The notes under the pieces: generated by a model | Seen by the model: the letters and a program-made list of their open reading frames with translations, nothing else | What the model was told of the DNA's origin: nothing | Databases searched by the model: none | Translations under genes and position numbers: made by a program | Source of the DNA: Hydrurus foetidus | Taxonomy: Eukaryota | Length of the DNA: 64,000 nucleotides | Direction of reading: 5' to 3' | Assembly: GCA_900617105.1 (NCBI GenBank) | Contig: UYFQ01000327.1 | Coordinates: forward strand, 1 to 64,000 | In this document: positions 11,106-23,579 of the stretch, piece by piece | Numbering within the stretch: position 1 is the stretch's first letter | Layout: every line of letters starts with the position of its first letter

Positions 11106-14071
11106 ACACAGTAACACTTAACGCCGCGAGCGTGTTGCCGTGCGGAATCAATCTCAATGGAGATGAGATTGATGATGACAAAACAGATGCGTTCGGTCCG
11201 TTTCTTTCTGCATTGATGAAAGACCCTACCCCAACAGGTAGGGCGAACGACGTCATCTCGACAATCACCTTTGGTGGGTCGGAAGCTCTGCAAACAGCAT
11301 GCAGAGCATTATGTACCGAATTTATTGACATCTTTCAAGATGAGGTGGCCCGTGAACCGGCCCGTATACCTCCTTTTGATATTGATCATAAGGCGGCACA
11401 ATGGGAAGTACCTGGTAACAGGACTCCGCTCCGCCCACAATCCTCACAGAAGGAAGAGGCGATTCACAATAACCTTCAGGATCTGATACGGATCGGGGTG
11501 GTTGAAAAGTCTAATGCGGTATACTACAGTCACCCTGTAGTAGTACAGAAGTCACCCGGACAATACCGTGTATGTATTGACTTCCGGCCACTTAATAACT
11601 GTACGGAGTCGGCCAGTTGGCCACTCCCAAACATTCCAGCAATGTTTGAACGCATTGGCGCTCGCCAACCTGACATCTTTGGGGTCATGGACTTAACGTC
11701 CGGCTACCATCAAGCACCCCTTACAGCATCAGCCAAAATCCTGACTGCATTCATATGCTTTTCTGGAATTTACCAATTCACTCGATTGCCTTTCGGCCTC
11801 AAACGTGCCCCATCATACTTCCAGGAGATGATGGCCACGGTTGTCCTTGCGGGCCTTTTATATGTAACATGTGAGATGTATCTCGATGATTGCATTGTAT
11901 TTGGTAATGGACCTGACGAGTTTCTGCAGAGACTTCGTGATGTCTTCATCCGTTTTCGAGAGAAGAATTTATTCTTGAAAGCTAAGAAGTGTAAGTTCGG
12001 AGTTACACGCCTCGAATACGTCGGACGTGTGATCTCCAAAGAGGGGTTATCTATGTCGGCTGAGAAAATAAAATCTGTTTTAGATTTTCCTCGCCCTAAA
12101 ACCGTTACTGCCCTTAGGGGATTTCTCGGTTTAGCGAACTATTTTAGAGGGTTCGTACCAAACCACTCCAACATAGTAGCACCGTTACATAAAATGACGG
12201 TGTCTACAACTCATAAACATTCCAGAGTAACTTGGAATGCTGAAACCATTAAAGCGTTTCAAGACATTAGGCAGGCAATCTCTCAATGCCCCCTGATGCA
12301 CTTCATTGATAATGTATCACCAATACATTTATACACCGACGCATCTGATTATGGTGTAGGTGGTGTACTGTTCCAAAAAGTTGGAGATGAAATGAAACCC
12401 ATTTCATTTGTGAGTAAGTCACTCACCTTCTCACAGTTGAACTGGTCAACAATCCAGAAAGAAGCTTATGCTATCTACTTGTGTTGTACAAAACTTGATC
12501 CACTATTACGTGATCGCAAGTTTACGATTCACACAGATCATAAAAATCTGACATACATGAAATCCTCCCCTAACTCGATGGTAGGGAGATGGTCCATGGC
12601 TCTACAAGAGCTCGATTACACAATCGCATACGTGCGAGGGTCTGAGAACACGGTAGCGGACGCTATGTCCCGCCTCTGTGCTAATCTCTCGGACCTTGTC
12701 ATCAAGGTTCAACCAGCCACCACTGGCACAGAACCGGATAACTTACCGGGCCCGTTTTGCGGCGCCCTCAAGGTCATCCCAGAGATGACTGATACGCAGC
12801 GCGACGCACTCAACATGTGCCACAACAAGTTTGTTGGACACGGGGGCGTTAAACGCACCGTCGAAAAGCTTTTAGGCTTACCCATTCAGTGGGAACACAT
12901 GGTTCAGCACACCCACTTGTTTATACAACAATGTGCATGCTGCCAGAAGATGAACGCGACCCGCGTACCGATACGTGTACACAAGTACGTTACTTCTGCG
13001 TACAAACCGTTCCATGTATTGAACATCGATTTCATCGGACCCTTCCCCGATGCCTCACACGTTCTTGTCATCATCTGTGCTTTCACACGATGGACAGAAC
13101 TATTTTGGTGTGCGGATAATACGGCCCAATCGGCTACCGATTGCCTTCTCCAACACTTTGGAAGATACGGTGCACCCCAAATGATCAGATCTGATCGGGG
13201 TTCACATTTTGCTAACGAATTGATCAAACAATTCCTAGTGTCAACGGGTACACCCCACAACCTGACACTAGCATACTCTAAACAAGAGAATGCTATAGTT
13301 GAACGAGTTAATAAAGAAATTAACCGGTACTTACGTTCGTTCCTGTATGATACAAACGACGTGTACCAGTACAAAAACTGCTTACCGTTTGTACAGCGCA
13401 TTTTGAATTCTTCAATTCACAGCAGTACCAATGCCTCCCCAGCAAGTTTATTGTTTGGTAACCAAATCAATCTTGATTCGGGCATACTTTCACCATTCCC
13501 ACAATTACCGGAAGTGGAAACTTCCGCATCGAAAGTGGTCTGTGAGATGTATCACATCCAGGATACCCTGATTGCCCAAGCACAAACTGCTTTGCGCACA
13601 ATGGACGCGGCTCATGTTGCCACAAGTCCACAGGATATAACGGTTTTTCCCGTAGGTTCATATGTGTTGGCTAGATATACCACACAACCGCCCACACGGT
13701 TACACACGTTGTGGCGGGGACCGTTTCAAGTGATATCGATTCACAATTCTGATTATACGTTGTTAGATATAACTACGAAGAAACATAAACATCTTCATAT
13801 TAGTAATCTTAAACAATTTGTTTTCAACCCGAAACATACGGATCCTGCTGATGTAGCACGCCGCGATTATATGGAATTCTTTATTGATTCCATTCTTCAG
13901 CACCAAGGCAATTCCAGGCGCAAAACCCAAATGCGGTTTTTAGTCAAATGGACTGACTTTGATGACTCGCACAATACGTGGGAGTCGTGGAAGAATCTTC
14001 GTCTTACAGACGCTCTTCACACATATTTACGCCTTCACGGCATGTCGAAAATAATTCCGACAGAAAAGTAA
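11102..14071 (+). CDS. Gypsy Pol: RT, RNase H, integrase, chromodomain (-1 frame relative to gag)
   Basis: RT motifs RVCIDFRPLN, LPFGL, YLDD. RNase H motifs TDASDYG, TDHKNL. Integrase HHCC, SDRGSHF, ERVN, GPF. Chromodomain FLVKWTDFDDSHNTWESWKNL. Confidence 0.97.
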   Translation: MNTVTLNAASVLPCGINLNGDEIDDDKTDAFGPFLSALMKDPTPTGRANDVISTITFGGSEALQTACRALCTEFIDIFQDEVAREPARIPPFDIDHKAAQWEVPGNRTPLRPQSSQKEEAIHNNLQDLIRIGVVEKSNAVYYSHPVVVQKSPGQYRVCIDFRPLNNCTESASWPLPNIPAMFERIGARQPDIFGVMDLTSGYHQAPLTASAKILTAFICFSGIYQFTRLPFGLKRAPSYFQEMMATVVLAGLLYVTCEMYLDDCIVFGNGPDEFLQRLRDVFIRFREKNLFLKAKKCKFGVTRLEYVGRVISKEGLSMSAEKIKSVLDFPRPKTVTALRGFLGLANYFRGFVPNHSNIVAPLHKMTVSTTHKHSRVTWNAETIKAFQDIRQAISQCPLMHFIDNVSPIHLYTDASDYGVGGVLFQKVGDEMKPISFVSKSLTFSQLNWSTIQKEAYAIYLCCTKLDPLLRDRKFTIHTDHKNLTYMKSSPNSMVGRWSMALQELDYTIAYVRGSENTVADAMSRLCANLSDLVIKVQPATTGTEPDNLPGPFCGALKVIPEMTDTQRDALNMCHNKFVGHGGVKRTVEKLLGLPIQWEHMVQHTHLFIQQCACCQKMNATRVPIRVHKYVTSAYKPFHVLNIDFIGPFPDASHVLVIICAFTRWTELFWCADNTAQSATDCLLQHFGRYGAPQMIRSDRGSHFANELIKQFLVSTGTPHNLTLAYSKQENAIVERVNKEINRYLRSFLYDTNDVYQYKNCLPFVQRILNSSIHSSTNASPASLLFGNQINLDSGILSPFPQLPEVETSASKVVCEMYHIQDTLIAQAQTALRTMDAAHVATSPQDITVFPVGSYVLARYTTQPPTRLHTLWRGPFQVISIHNSDYTLLDITTKKHKHLHISNLKQFVFNPKHTDPADVARRDYMEFFIDSILQHQGNSRRKTQMRFLVKWTDFDDSHNTWESWKNLRLTDALHTYLRLHGMSKIIPTEK

Positions 14072-14444
14072 GTTCCCCAGGAACGACCTACACATTATCT
14101 TTTGAAGATTCCTCCTCATTTTTACAACGTTACGTTGCTTTTCAGGAGGTTTAGTCAGTAAAAATCTGACATAAATGTGTAGGGGAACACTTAGTTACAA
14201 CACATCTAGGCACTCTCGTTTCTCGCTTTCCCCATCTCTCACATGTACAAATATCTGTATTTATTGTACGCATTTATTTCTGTCTTTTATTTATTTATTT
14301 ATTTTTTATTATTACCTTTTTCTGCATTTTTCTCTCTCACGCTGGAGTCATATTTGTTTGTTACACACTGTAGATAGAAACTCACCAAGAGAGAGAGAGG
14401 GAGAGGGAGAGAGAAATGAGAAAACGAGAGATAAGTAGGGGTAG

Positions 14445-14651
14445 TGTGGCTCCCTCAGGGTCTGCTACCCCATTCAGCCGATTAGATGCTGTTTCCACCT
14501 TAGTACCTTCGTGTTCACAGCCACGACTATCAGTCACTAGCTAGTTTGTGCTGCTTTGCAGAAGTTACTAGCGTACCTTCTGTTGCATCCCTAACTAACT
14601 AGCTCCTTTTAGCCTTTAGACTTCCCTTCTCTTTTGCCTTCCAAGGTCACA
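14445..14651 (+). repeat. Gypsy 3' LTR
   Basis: Matches 6040-6246 and is preceded by the polypurine tract ...GAGAGATAAGTAGGGGTAG. Confidence 0.97.
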
Positions 14652-14861
14652 CTACAGTATATCCAACCGACGAACTGATATCGATGCGCAACACAAAGAA
14701 TGAAACATGAAAAAAAAAAACCTGAATCGGGTCCCAAAAAGTAGGAGACATACTCCATACTGACTCAAAAAAGCAAGTATGTTTTGGATTTCGCTATATA
14801 AAGGTGGAACCACCATACGGTTAATCCCCCAATTGCGTTGTAGGACTACCGTTAGTTACGA

Positions 14862-15560
14862 CAAGGGGGTATAGAAAGGAGGTTACCCCCTCTTGGTTCT
14901 ATTCCGCTCTCAGAGGTAGGTCCCTTTAGGGGGAGACATCCCCGTGCGACCTCACGGCTTTTCACCCGCGCTCTCCGTTGCATCCTAGATGCTCAGTTCG
15001 AAGAACAGAGAATGGAATAAATGCGGCGTTATCTTACAATGGGTGCGCCTGCGCGCCTGGGCTCGCCCGTCCGCCCTCCCCTGCTGTTCTTCCTTCCGAA
15101 CCAAGCTTGGGTGTTGGGGGCGGACCTTGGGTCAGAGTTTCCTTCACCAACTGGCACGCAAGTGGTCAGATAACATTGCACAACATCTTATACTATCACC
15201 ATAAAAACGTAGGATTGGTTGGCCACGGGGTAATAAAATGCGTCACACTAGATAGACTAAGGTTAATCAAAAGATTGTGAGAGAACACTCTCAGTGAAGC
15301 GCGTCGACTACGAGCGGGCACACTATATTAATAATTCGAAAAAGTGCTGAATAATTATTCGAAAACGTAGAATGACACTACAACGACTAGGGGGACTTAT
15401 TCCCGCTGCATGTCGGTCCAACGCTATCATCGTCATCGTCCCCCGTCCCGTCCCTCGGTATCTCCCCATCCGCAGCCGCCCCTTTAGGGACCGGCACCGG
15501 TCAGCGGCCTTAGCTCCTAGCCGCTCCAGAGAACCCATACTACCGTCCGGTATCCTTTAA
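14862..15560. mobile_element. Unclassified 699-bp non-coding insertion with 6-bp direct repeat TTACGA
   Basis: Absent from the sister LTR at 20570-20852. TTACGA occurs at 14856-14861 and 15561-15566. The insert starts with hairpin CAAGGGGGTA...TACCCCCTCTTG. Confidence 0.85.
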
Positions 15561-15835
15561 TTACGAGGTGTGGTACGCACGTACGCACCGAGTCCGGTTA
15601 ACGGCGCTACTCTTTGTATGCATGAAAATGAATGAGTAGTTTAGCGAGCGACACTTTAGATTGTAGGTGACCGAATAAGTGTCGTGGCTAATGAACAGGG
15701 ACATTAGTCACAAGTTTAAATAACAAGTACTGATCGAGAGCAGTCGATTTTTTACGAGTCTTGGAACGTGATACACCACCGGATAGTTCTAGAAACACCG
15801 GATTTCCAACATATTTAAACTGACAAGGAAGCATC

Positions 15836-18800
15836 GTGATGCCTCCAAAACGCGCCTCTTATGCTAAAGATGCAAAGGAATGTATGCTTCAGATCGGGAA
15901 GTACAACAATGTCGTGGCCTGGAACCTCGACGTTAGGGCCTCCGTAGGAGCTACCTACGGCAGCAGCGCCCTATTCCTGACAACGGACGCCAGGATTACG
16001 TTGTCACCTACCCCACCGGCGATGGAGATCCAGCGCCAGTCGGAATGTCAGCTGAGCTGAAAGCGGACCTTAAGAAGGACGCCTTCACTAGCAGACAGCG
16101 AGAGATGCGAAAGCAGAAGGAGGACCAGAAGAAGATATACAGTGTCCTGTGGATGAGGATGTCACCTGCCTCACAGAGCAAAGTGAGAGAGCAGGCCGAA
16201 TTTGAAGTAGCAGACGTCAGTAAGGACTGCGTCGTGCAATGGACTAACATCAATGGTGCACAAGCCCCTATGGTCCGGCTGAACAAGAGGGATTAAATGG
16301 CGCGGTACAACGTGCTCAGACAAGGTGATAGAGAACATGTTGCTGCTTTCAAAATCCGTTATGACGCGCAGGTTCAAGCGGGTGTTGGAGCCGGTCTCAC
16401 CGCCCTCGACGAAGAAACGATGGCTATGGATTTCCTCCATAAGCTCGACCAAAAGAGATTTGGCAAGCTACTGACGCACATGAGGTGGAACGCACTGTTC
16501 AACAATGCCGACGCTTATCCGGCTACCCTGGCCGCAGTAGTCACGATCGCTTCAGACTAGCCAGATGAAGGTCCAAGTTCCGGGAGGTCCGACCCCTCAG
16601 GCAACGATACCCACTCTGCCTTCGTCACCGCAGATTCTTGCTTTGTTACGGAAGCTAAGGATTCTGGAAAGAGAGGTGCAAAAGCTCCGGCGGCCGACAA
16701 AACCGCCCCAGGGAAGAAGAAGTCATTAGAGGAAGTTGAGTGCTAAGTCTGCGGCGAACTGGGACACTACGCGCGCGACTGCAAGAATAGAAAGTCTACT
16801 GCGAAGGCTCTAGTCGCGCAATCGGCGGTGGAAAAGGGCGATGACAACGACGAGTATGAGAGCGAGGAGGAGGACGAGACGGTATATGTTACAACCTTGG
16901 AGACTGTTCTGTTCGCCAAGGACGACGTGCTTCTCGACAGCCAGGCCTCTATCAACGTGTTCTGCAATCGAGCCCTCTTGAACAACGTGAGGAAATCGGA
17001 TAGAAACGTTGTGCTCAATGGCGTCCAGTCTGGTGCCGCCGGGGTGAAGATCACACAAGAAGGTGACTTCAATAACGTGGGATAGGTATAGTACAGCTCA
17101 GAAGCTACAGCAAACATCTTGTCATATGCCGTCATGATCGACGGCAGAAATCGGGTGAGGTACGACCAACGCAACGACAGATTCCTGCTAAGGCCAGTCG
17201 GGAGCAACATGGTATACTCGTTCTGTAGGAAGAACATCCCTGGTAGTGAAGGTCGATTCTACTGCTGCAATTTCAACTCAATGGTGAGCGAACACGCGAC
17301 GACTTATCCGACAGACGATTGCGTGTTGATAGAAACCGAGACTGAGAACATGTCGCGATATACAAAGCGCGAAATCGAAGGAGCGTGCAAAGCCAATAAT
17401 TTGCTCGCTAAGATGGAATTTCCCCTGGTTTCTCAAGCAATCGAGATTGCCACACGCGGCGTCAACTTTACAGTAACGGGTACAGACTTCCAGATAGCAA
17501 ACAATATATGGGGTCCAAATATCGCGTCCTTAAAGGGTAAGACGAAGAAAAATCGCGGACATCCATATTCCGAAACCAACGCTGCAGTAGGAACAAATTC
17601 TATCGGTCGACGTCATGTATGTTGAGGGTGTACCCTCGCTAATCGGCCTGGCGACACCATTTGGTCTCACTATGGCAGTGTCGTTGCTCAGTCTCGATTC
17701 TACACACGGTTCGAGGTCGACTAGTATCATCAGGGATGGAATCTTGGAATTTATATCGACTTTGTCGTCACGGAACTTCGTGACTCGACTCATTATGACT
17801 GACGGTGAGGGTGCAGTGGGATAGATCACTAGAGAGCTGAATCAAATGGGGATAGAGGTCGACATCAGTGGGGCTGGTGGCCATGTTGCTCGTATAGAGC
17901 GTAAAATCCAAACGGCAAAAGGAAGGACGAGAACAATCATGCAATCCGACTATCTCCCATACACACTAACCCGTCTTGGAGTGGCAATGCTAGTACTATC
18001 CTGCGTTTCTAGGTTGAACTATCAGTCATCCGGAACTGGTGGCAGATTCTTAAGCCCGAGAGTCGCGTTCTCAGGACGTCAAGTTGACGAGACCCTAGAC
18101 TTCAGAGCGAGCTTCGGGGAGTACGCACAATACACTGTAGCCAACACCGATAGGTCCATCGCACCACGCATGGAGGACTGCATTGTAATGCTGCCTACAG
18201 GCAACAGGACGGGATCCATGAAGATGATGTCCATCAGGACTGGTAAGCTTGTGACGAGGGATCAATTCAAATTACTCCCCATGGCATCCTCTGTTATCAC
18301 CAGGCTTAACGAGATGGCAGCTGCAGAAGGAAGGATCACCGGCACTAGATCTAGGATAGTGTATGATGCAGAGCGAGGGTTGGAGAAAGACGACGTGACG
18401 TATATCCGGCCAACAACCGAAGACGACGGACCACTCCCGTTCATCCCGGCGGAAGCCAGGGACAGTTACGGAATCAGTCCGCTTGCCGACGCTAACATAG
18501 ACAACAAAAAGAGCGACAGCTACCGGTACGAACCGTACTCAGCTGAGGATATACATGGACGCACAGTACCCTGAGTGCTACCCTCCGCAGCGTCTCATGG
18601 AGCTTAACGCGGATGACCTCGACGAGGGCCCACCAGTAGAGTTCGAAGAGCCCGTTACGGAAGTCCATAGGCATTCCGATGCAGCAATACCGGCCGCCCC
18701 ATCAAGACCAAGAGGTAACTCGGATATCAGGCTCGATACGGTGAGTTCGACACCCACCGCCAGTACCACGCCTCTTCCACTTAGGAGGAACCTGTCGAAC

Positions 18801-20432
18801 CATTACCAACCTGGGGATACGACAGTCCTAGCCAAAAAACACGTGATGAACATCACAGTCAAGGAAGCGCTAAGGAGTAGGGGTGTGGAAGCAGTGCGAG
18901 TCATACTCAAAGAACTATCACAAATGATAGACAAAAAGGTATGGACGCCTGTTCACATGTCCGTACTCTCCAATACGGAAAAACACGGTATTATTCGTTC
19001 GCAGATGTTTCTCAAGGAAAAGTACTTACCTACTGGTGCATTCCAGAAACTTAAAGCTCGACTAGTCGCTGGTGGAAACCATCAGGACAAGGACCTCTAC
19101 GACGACCTCTCATCACCTACTGTCTCCACGAGTGTGGTTATGACAGTGTTCGCCATAGCTGCTCATGAGAAGAGGAGCGCCGTTGTGGTCGACATTGGGG
19201 GTGCCTATCTGAATGCTAGCATGAACACAGGGGTGACCGTGCACATGAGACTCGATGCTAGCATGTCCAGAATGATGACAAAGATAGACCGACACTACAA
19301 CCAGTTCACAGACAACAGAGGGTGCATCGTAGTACGGCTCGACAAGGCATTGTACGGGTGCGTGGAATCAGCGGCGTTGTGGTACGAGAATCTATCTGCT
19401 ACCCTAGCTGGGCTAGGGTATAAGAAGAATGACTACGAGGCATGCGTGTACAACAGGACTGAAGGAGGGGTGCAGTGCACGGTTGCATTCCATGTAGATG
19501 ACTTGATCATCACCAGCGAGAACAGTGAGTATGATCGATGATCTGTGCAAGGGACTCAAGTGTGAGTACGGAGAAATAAACAGACGAGATGGGCCACTGC
19601 TGAATTACCTAGGAATGTCGTTCGACTTATCAGTGCCAGGTGAAGTGAGCATGGGCATGAAAGGGTACACCAACGATGTGATACTATGCGGGGGTATACC
19701 GGGTAAAGCGCGTAGCCCGGCTACTGACGGCCTATTTGACATAAGAGATGGTACGGAACTCGTGGTGGAATCGACCCGGGTATGGTTCCACAGTATTGTT
19801 GCGAAGCTATGGTTCTTGGGGAAGAGAGCAAGACCAGATTGTTTAGCAGCATTAGCGTACCTCGCTACTCGTGTCACTCGCTGCACTGCTGATGACGTCG
19901 AGAAACTTAAACGTTTGTTGAGATACATAGCTGATACCAGAGACAGAGGTGTCGTATTCAGACCAGGCAAATTTGGTTTATCGATGCAGCATACGGGGTG
20001 CATCCGGACGGTAAATCACACATAGGAAGCTGTGTGGTGATAGGTGACTTGGGTGCGGTGCACTGCAAATCTAGCAAGCAGAGTATAGTCACTAAGTCGA
20101 GCACAGAAGCCGAACTAATCGCACTATCTGACTTTGCAAACCAAGGCCTCTATATCCGTAATTTTCTTATCTCGCAGGGACACAAGATGAAGCCGGTGAT
20201 GATCTATCAGGACAACACTTCCTGCATGGCCTTTGTCGAGAGAGGACGCTCAGGAGCAGAGCGCACACGGCACATCGCTATCCGAAACTTCTGGATACGT
20301 GAGCGGGTCACCACTGGAGAAGCTGTCATAGAGCATATGGGGACGAAGGAGATGTACGCGAATGTACTGACGAAGCCCCTCAAAGAAGCACAATTCGTAT
20401 ATGAGAGAAAGTGTCTTACGGGACAGGAGTAA
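15836..20432 (+). pseudogene. Copia-1 gag-pol, broken by stops and frameshifts
   Basis: Knuckle C*VCGELGHYARDC near 16741. Protease LLDSQAS. Integrase IMTDGE and HVARIERKI. RT KARLVAGG, LDKALYG, HVDDL. RNase H SSTEAEL and YQDN. Confidence 0.93.
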
Positions 20433-20569
20433 TCATAACGTGCATTACTGCAGATGTAATGAAATCTATTGCGTGCTGTTTGATGTATTGTGAAATCTAC
20501 TAATGTATTGTTACAAGCTGTTTGAATATAAATAATTCATGATGTTTAATTGCGGTAGCCCTAGGGGTG

Positions 20570-20852
20570 TGTTGGATATTGCGTTATAGGACTACCGTTA
20601 GTTACGAGGTGTGGTACGCACGTACGCACCGAGTCCGGTTAACGGCGCTACACTTTGTATGCATGAAAATGAATGAGTAGTTTAGCGAGCGACACTTTAG
20701 ATTGTAGGTGACCGAATAAGTGTCGTGGCTAATGAACAGGGACATTAGTCACAAGTTTAAATAACAAGTACTGATCGAGAGCAGTCGATTTTTTACGAGT
20801 CTTGGAACGTGATACACCACCGGATAGTTCTAGAAACACCGGATTTCCAACA
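20570..20852 (+). repeat. Copia-1 3' LTR (283 bp)
   Basis: Direct repeat of 14832-14861 plus 15567-15811, with about 2 substitutions seen. Confidence 0.95.
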
Positions 20853-20864
20853 ATACCAATAGTA

Positions 20865-21317
20865 CCGTCGAGTGCCTATTCTTTTGCCATTTTCGATTTC
20901 CGGTTTTCGGAATTTTGGGGATATTTGGCTGTTTTCCAGCAATTTCGCGACAACTAGAGAAGTGGGGACCCCGATGAGATCTGTCAGGTGTTGCTTGAAG
21001 TTGTCCGCATCTTTTGATCTATGATGGTCATGCACCTACGATGAGCAGATCGGCTGCAAATCGCGATCCAAAACGAACTTTCGGTCCCTTACAATCGAAA
21101 TTTCTCGATTTTGGGGGGCGTAGATTAAAAACTGAATAGGCAGTGTAGCTAAAATAACTATGCTCTTTCCGAATCCACTATCATATTTGAGTGAAATTCT
21201 ATGTCCGAGGCGTTAGCAGTTCCCGTTGGCAATTACCGTGACGAAATTTACGTGATTCTGACCGTTGTCAAAATCCTCTTCTCACTTCAAAAGGGCAAAA
21301 GAATAGGCACTCGACGG
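20865..21317. mobile_element. MITE, Tc1/mariner/pogo-like (24-bp TIR, TA TSD)
   Basis: TA|CCGTCGAGTGCCTATTCTTTTGCC ... GGCAAAAGAATAGGCACTCGACGG|TA. Confidence 0.88.
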
Positions 21318-23554
21318 TATACGAAAATTGTCGACATCAAAACCGATGGAAAAACCGAAAATCGAAAACCGGAATAATTCTTTCACAAAGGGGTTTTGGT
21401 TATTTTAGACGACACTTCGCCGCCCTGTTGCAAAGTTCCGTCTCCGACCATATGTTTTATTTTGTTTGAGTGTAGATACGGGAAATTGGGCTTCTTTTTG
21501 TCCTCTGATGAACATACTGCCTAAAACACACCTTCGCACTCACAATACAACAGCTTCATCAGTTGTCGACGTAATCGACTTTTGAGTCGTGCAAAGTGAT
21601 TGCTTTGCTGTAGTTAGTCATCGGCGAGCACGACAACGGGATCTGAGGAAGACTTCTGTCGGAAATCGGTTCGCAAGAAGTCGTCTTTTTCAACAGCGAT
21701 TAGGTGAGGAGATCGATATTGTGACTTCTGCCAATTGGATTGTCCTTTTAGCTCTAGTTTACGATCAGAAATCTATTTTAGCATTAGAATCAGTCAACTG
21801 CGCCCAGGTTGACGCTCTCTCTGATTCTAAATGTCTAATTTACGAGATCGTGTCAAATCTCAGGCATGATCATTTTGCACAGCTTCAAGTGCGGAGCTAG
21901 ATGGTCCTTTGCTCTTCGCGGCAGGGCATCGACCAACAAGTATTATTCCTGCAGACCACCGTCACAGCCTGCTACCTGCAGGACGCAATATTGTTCACAA
22001 TGTCGCATCTTTGATGTGTGTCCGATTACCTACCACAAATCTTTATCTCCGATGAACTATGATTAAATTTTGCTTCCTGACTGAATCCCGACTAACAAAG
22101 CCATATCTGACACTAGACGAAGCTCTCGCAATTTATTTTTAAGTATCTCTCGCAGATACTGATGATTCGCCAGGTCAGATGTGCGCTAGTGCAGGAGTCA
22201 TGCCACCCACCTCATGTTATGCGGGCGGCAAATCCATCGCGCATCTTTTCATTTGATCGCTTCTCGATAGATTCCCTCTTGATGTACTGTCTTTTTGCTT
22301 CATGAGCTGTTGACATCAACTGTAATTAATGAATCTGTATTTCAATTCTCCTTCCTCTCCTCTCTCGACCAATTTGGGGCAGAATCCACATTTCTGAGCA
22401 TTCCATGGCTGCCACCATTTCATTTGATTCCCCTCTTCGATCCGGGGCTTCTTATAGACTTGTAATGTGCGCAAGAAAAATTCAGAGCTCGTAGGTAATG
22501 ATATTTCTGAAGAAATTACTGAAATAAACATGGTGCGCTTATCTACGGTAAAAAAAATCAAAGTTGAACGAAGCCACGCCCGCAACATCACTAACGGGAC
22601 CGAATGAGATCCACATAGGGTAATTAGAGGTAGATTAAAACCATCGGCAACGTCAAAAGCGCTGTATTCGCGACGCAAAGGCATCATCTCCAACTTTCTT
22701 GCGCAATGATTTTCAGATGAATCGGAGAAAATATCTTGGGCGCCCCAAAGTGGGCGCACTTTATAGAATCTGATTTCTACAACATATAGAAATCGATTGT
22801 ACTTGGTTTTTTTCAATCTGTTGCAGAAAAATTGATGGAATTTGGTCAGTAAACGCGATTTCGAGAGGTTTCCGCTATCTCAGCGGATTATCATTAATTT
22901 TCGATGAATTAAAAAGTTGCTACAGCAACCTAGAGAACAGTGCAACCTGCGTCTGAAGATACCTCAAATATTCTCAGATATCGTCAGTTGAGTGATATCT
23001 TGCCAGAACAATGCAAAGTTGAGGTATGCTAGGGTAGGTATAGAACTTGGATCGGTATGAGGCCGATTTCCCGTATTCTTGGAAAACGGAAAATATAACG
23101 TCCAGTGCCTATTAATGTGTTTTACGGATTCGCCAAAACATGCATATTTTGGCATATTTAAAAAAGCTCTTCAGCTGCTATGATGCCAACGTGCCGGAGA
23201 TTATCGAACTGCAGTAATTCGGACATTTTAAACAAGATATTATCTGATGTCGTGATCATCTGAGGAGTTCTTAACTGTCAACTTGTCACCTAAACTTACG
23301 ATTTTGTCCATCTCGGTACCGGGGGTTGGAAATTTTGCAAACCACGAAATAGCTAGAGAAATTTTGAATCGGCAGTCCACCCTTAAAAATCACGCTGAAT
23401 TCGAATCTTCAATTAGGTCGTCATGGTAAGCAGCATTGATGGAGATAGCTTTTTCAATTGTCTTCGAGAAATTGAAGATCACGGGGATTTTGGTGAATTT
23501 CGGTGATTTTGACCGGAGGCAAATTTCCTTATTTTCCACTCCGAAACACATTAA

Positions 23555-23579
23555 AATAGGCACTCGACACTCGACGGTA
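23555..23579. repeat. Orphan right TIR of the same MITE family, with a 7-bp internal duplication
   Basis: AATAGGCACTCGACACTCGACGG|TA compared with AATAGGCACTCGACGG|TA at 21302-21319. Confidence 0.65.

Larger units (their letters stand above)
6040..14651 (+). mobile_element. Full-length chromodomain-bearing Ty3/Gypsy LTR retrotransposon
   Basis: 207-bp LTRs at 6040-6246 and 14445-14651 (TG...CA, identical by eye). TSD CTAC at 6036-6039 and 14652-14655. Purine tract before the 3' LTR. Domain order PR-RT-RH-IN-chromo. Confidence 0.97.
1..14831 (-). mobile_element. Group-2 Helitron (Helitron2/Helentron-like), autonomous type, running off the left window edge and interrupted by a Gypsy insertion
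   Basis: RepHel coding exons span 1-5980. Non-Gypsy sequence resumes at 14652 and ends near 14831, where Copia-1 LTR sequence begins. A small hairpin GGTGG-AA-CCACC lies at 14803-14814 near the presumed 5' end. Confidence 0.85.
14832..20852 (+). mobile_element. Copia-1: degenerate Ty1/Copia element whose 5' LTR is split by two insertions
   Basis: 3' LTR at 20570-20852 (TGTTGGA...TCCAACA) after PPT AGGGGTG. 5' LTR pieces at 14832-14861 and 15567-15811; the first 8 or so LTR bases are missing at the Helitron junction. Confidence 0.93.

Noticed and set aside
15340..15370. Possible hammerhead ribozyme core (CTGA...GAAA) in the 699-bp insertion
   Set aside because: It lacks the CTGANGA consensus and convincing flanking stems.
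22316..22816. 166-aa minus-strand ORF
   Set aside because: No recognisable motif or splice context.
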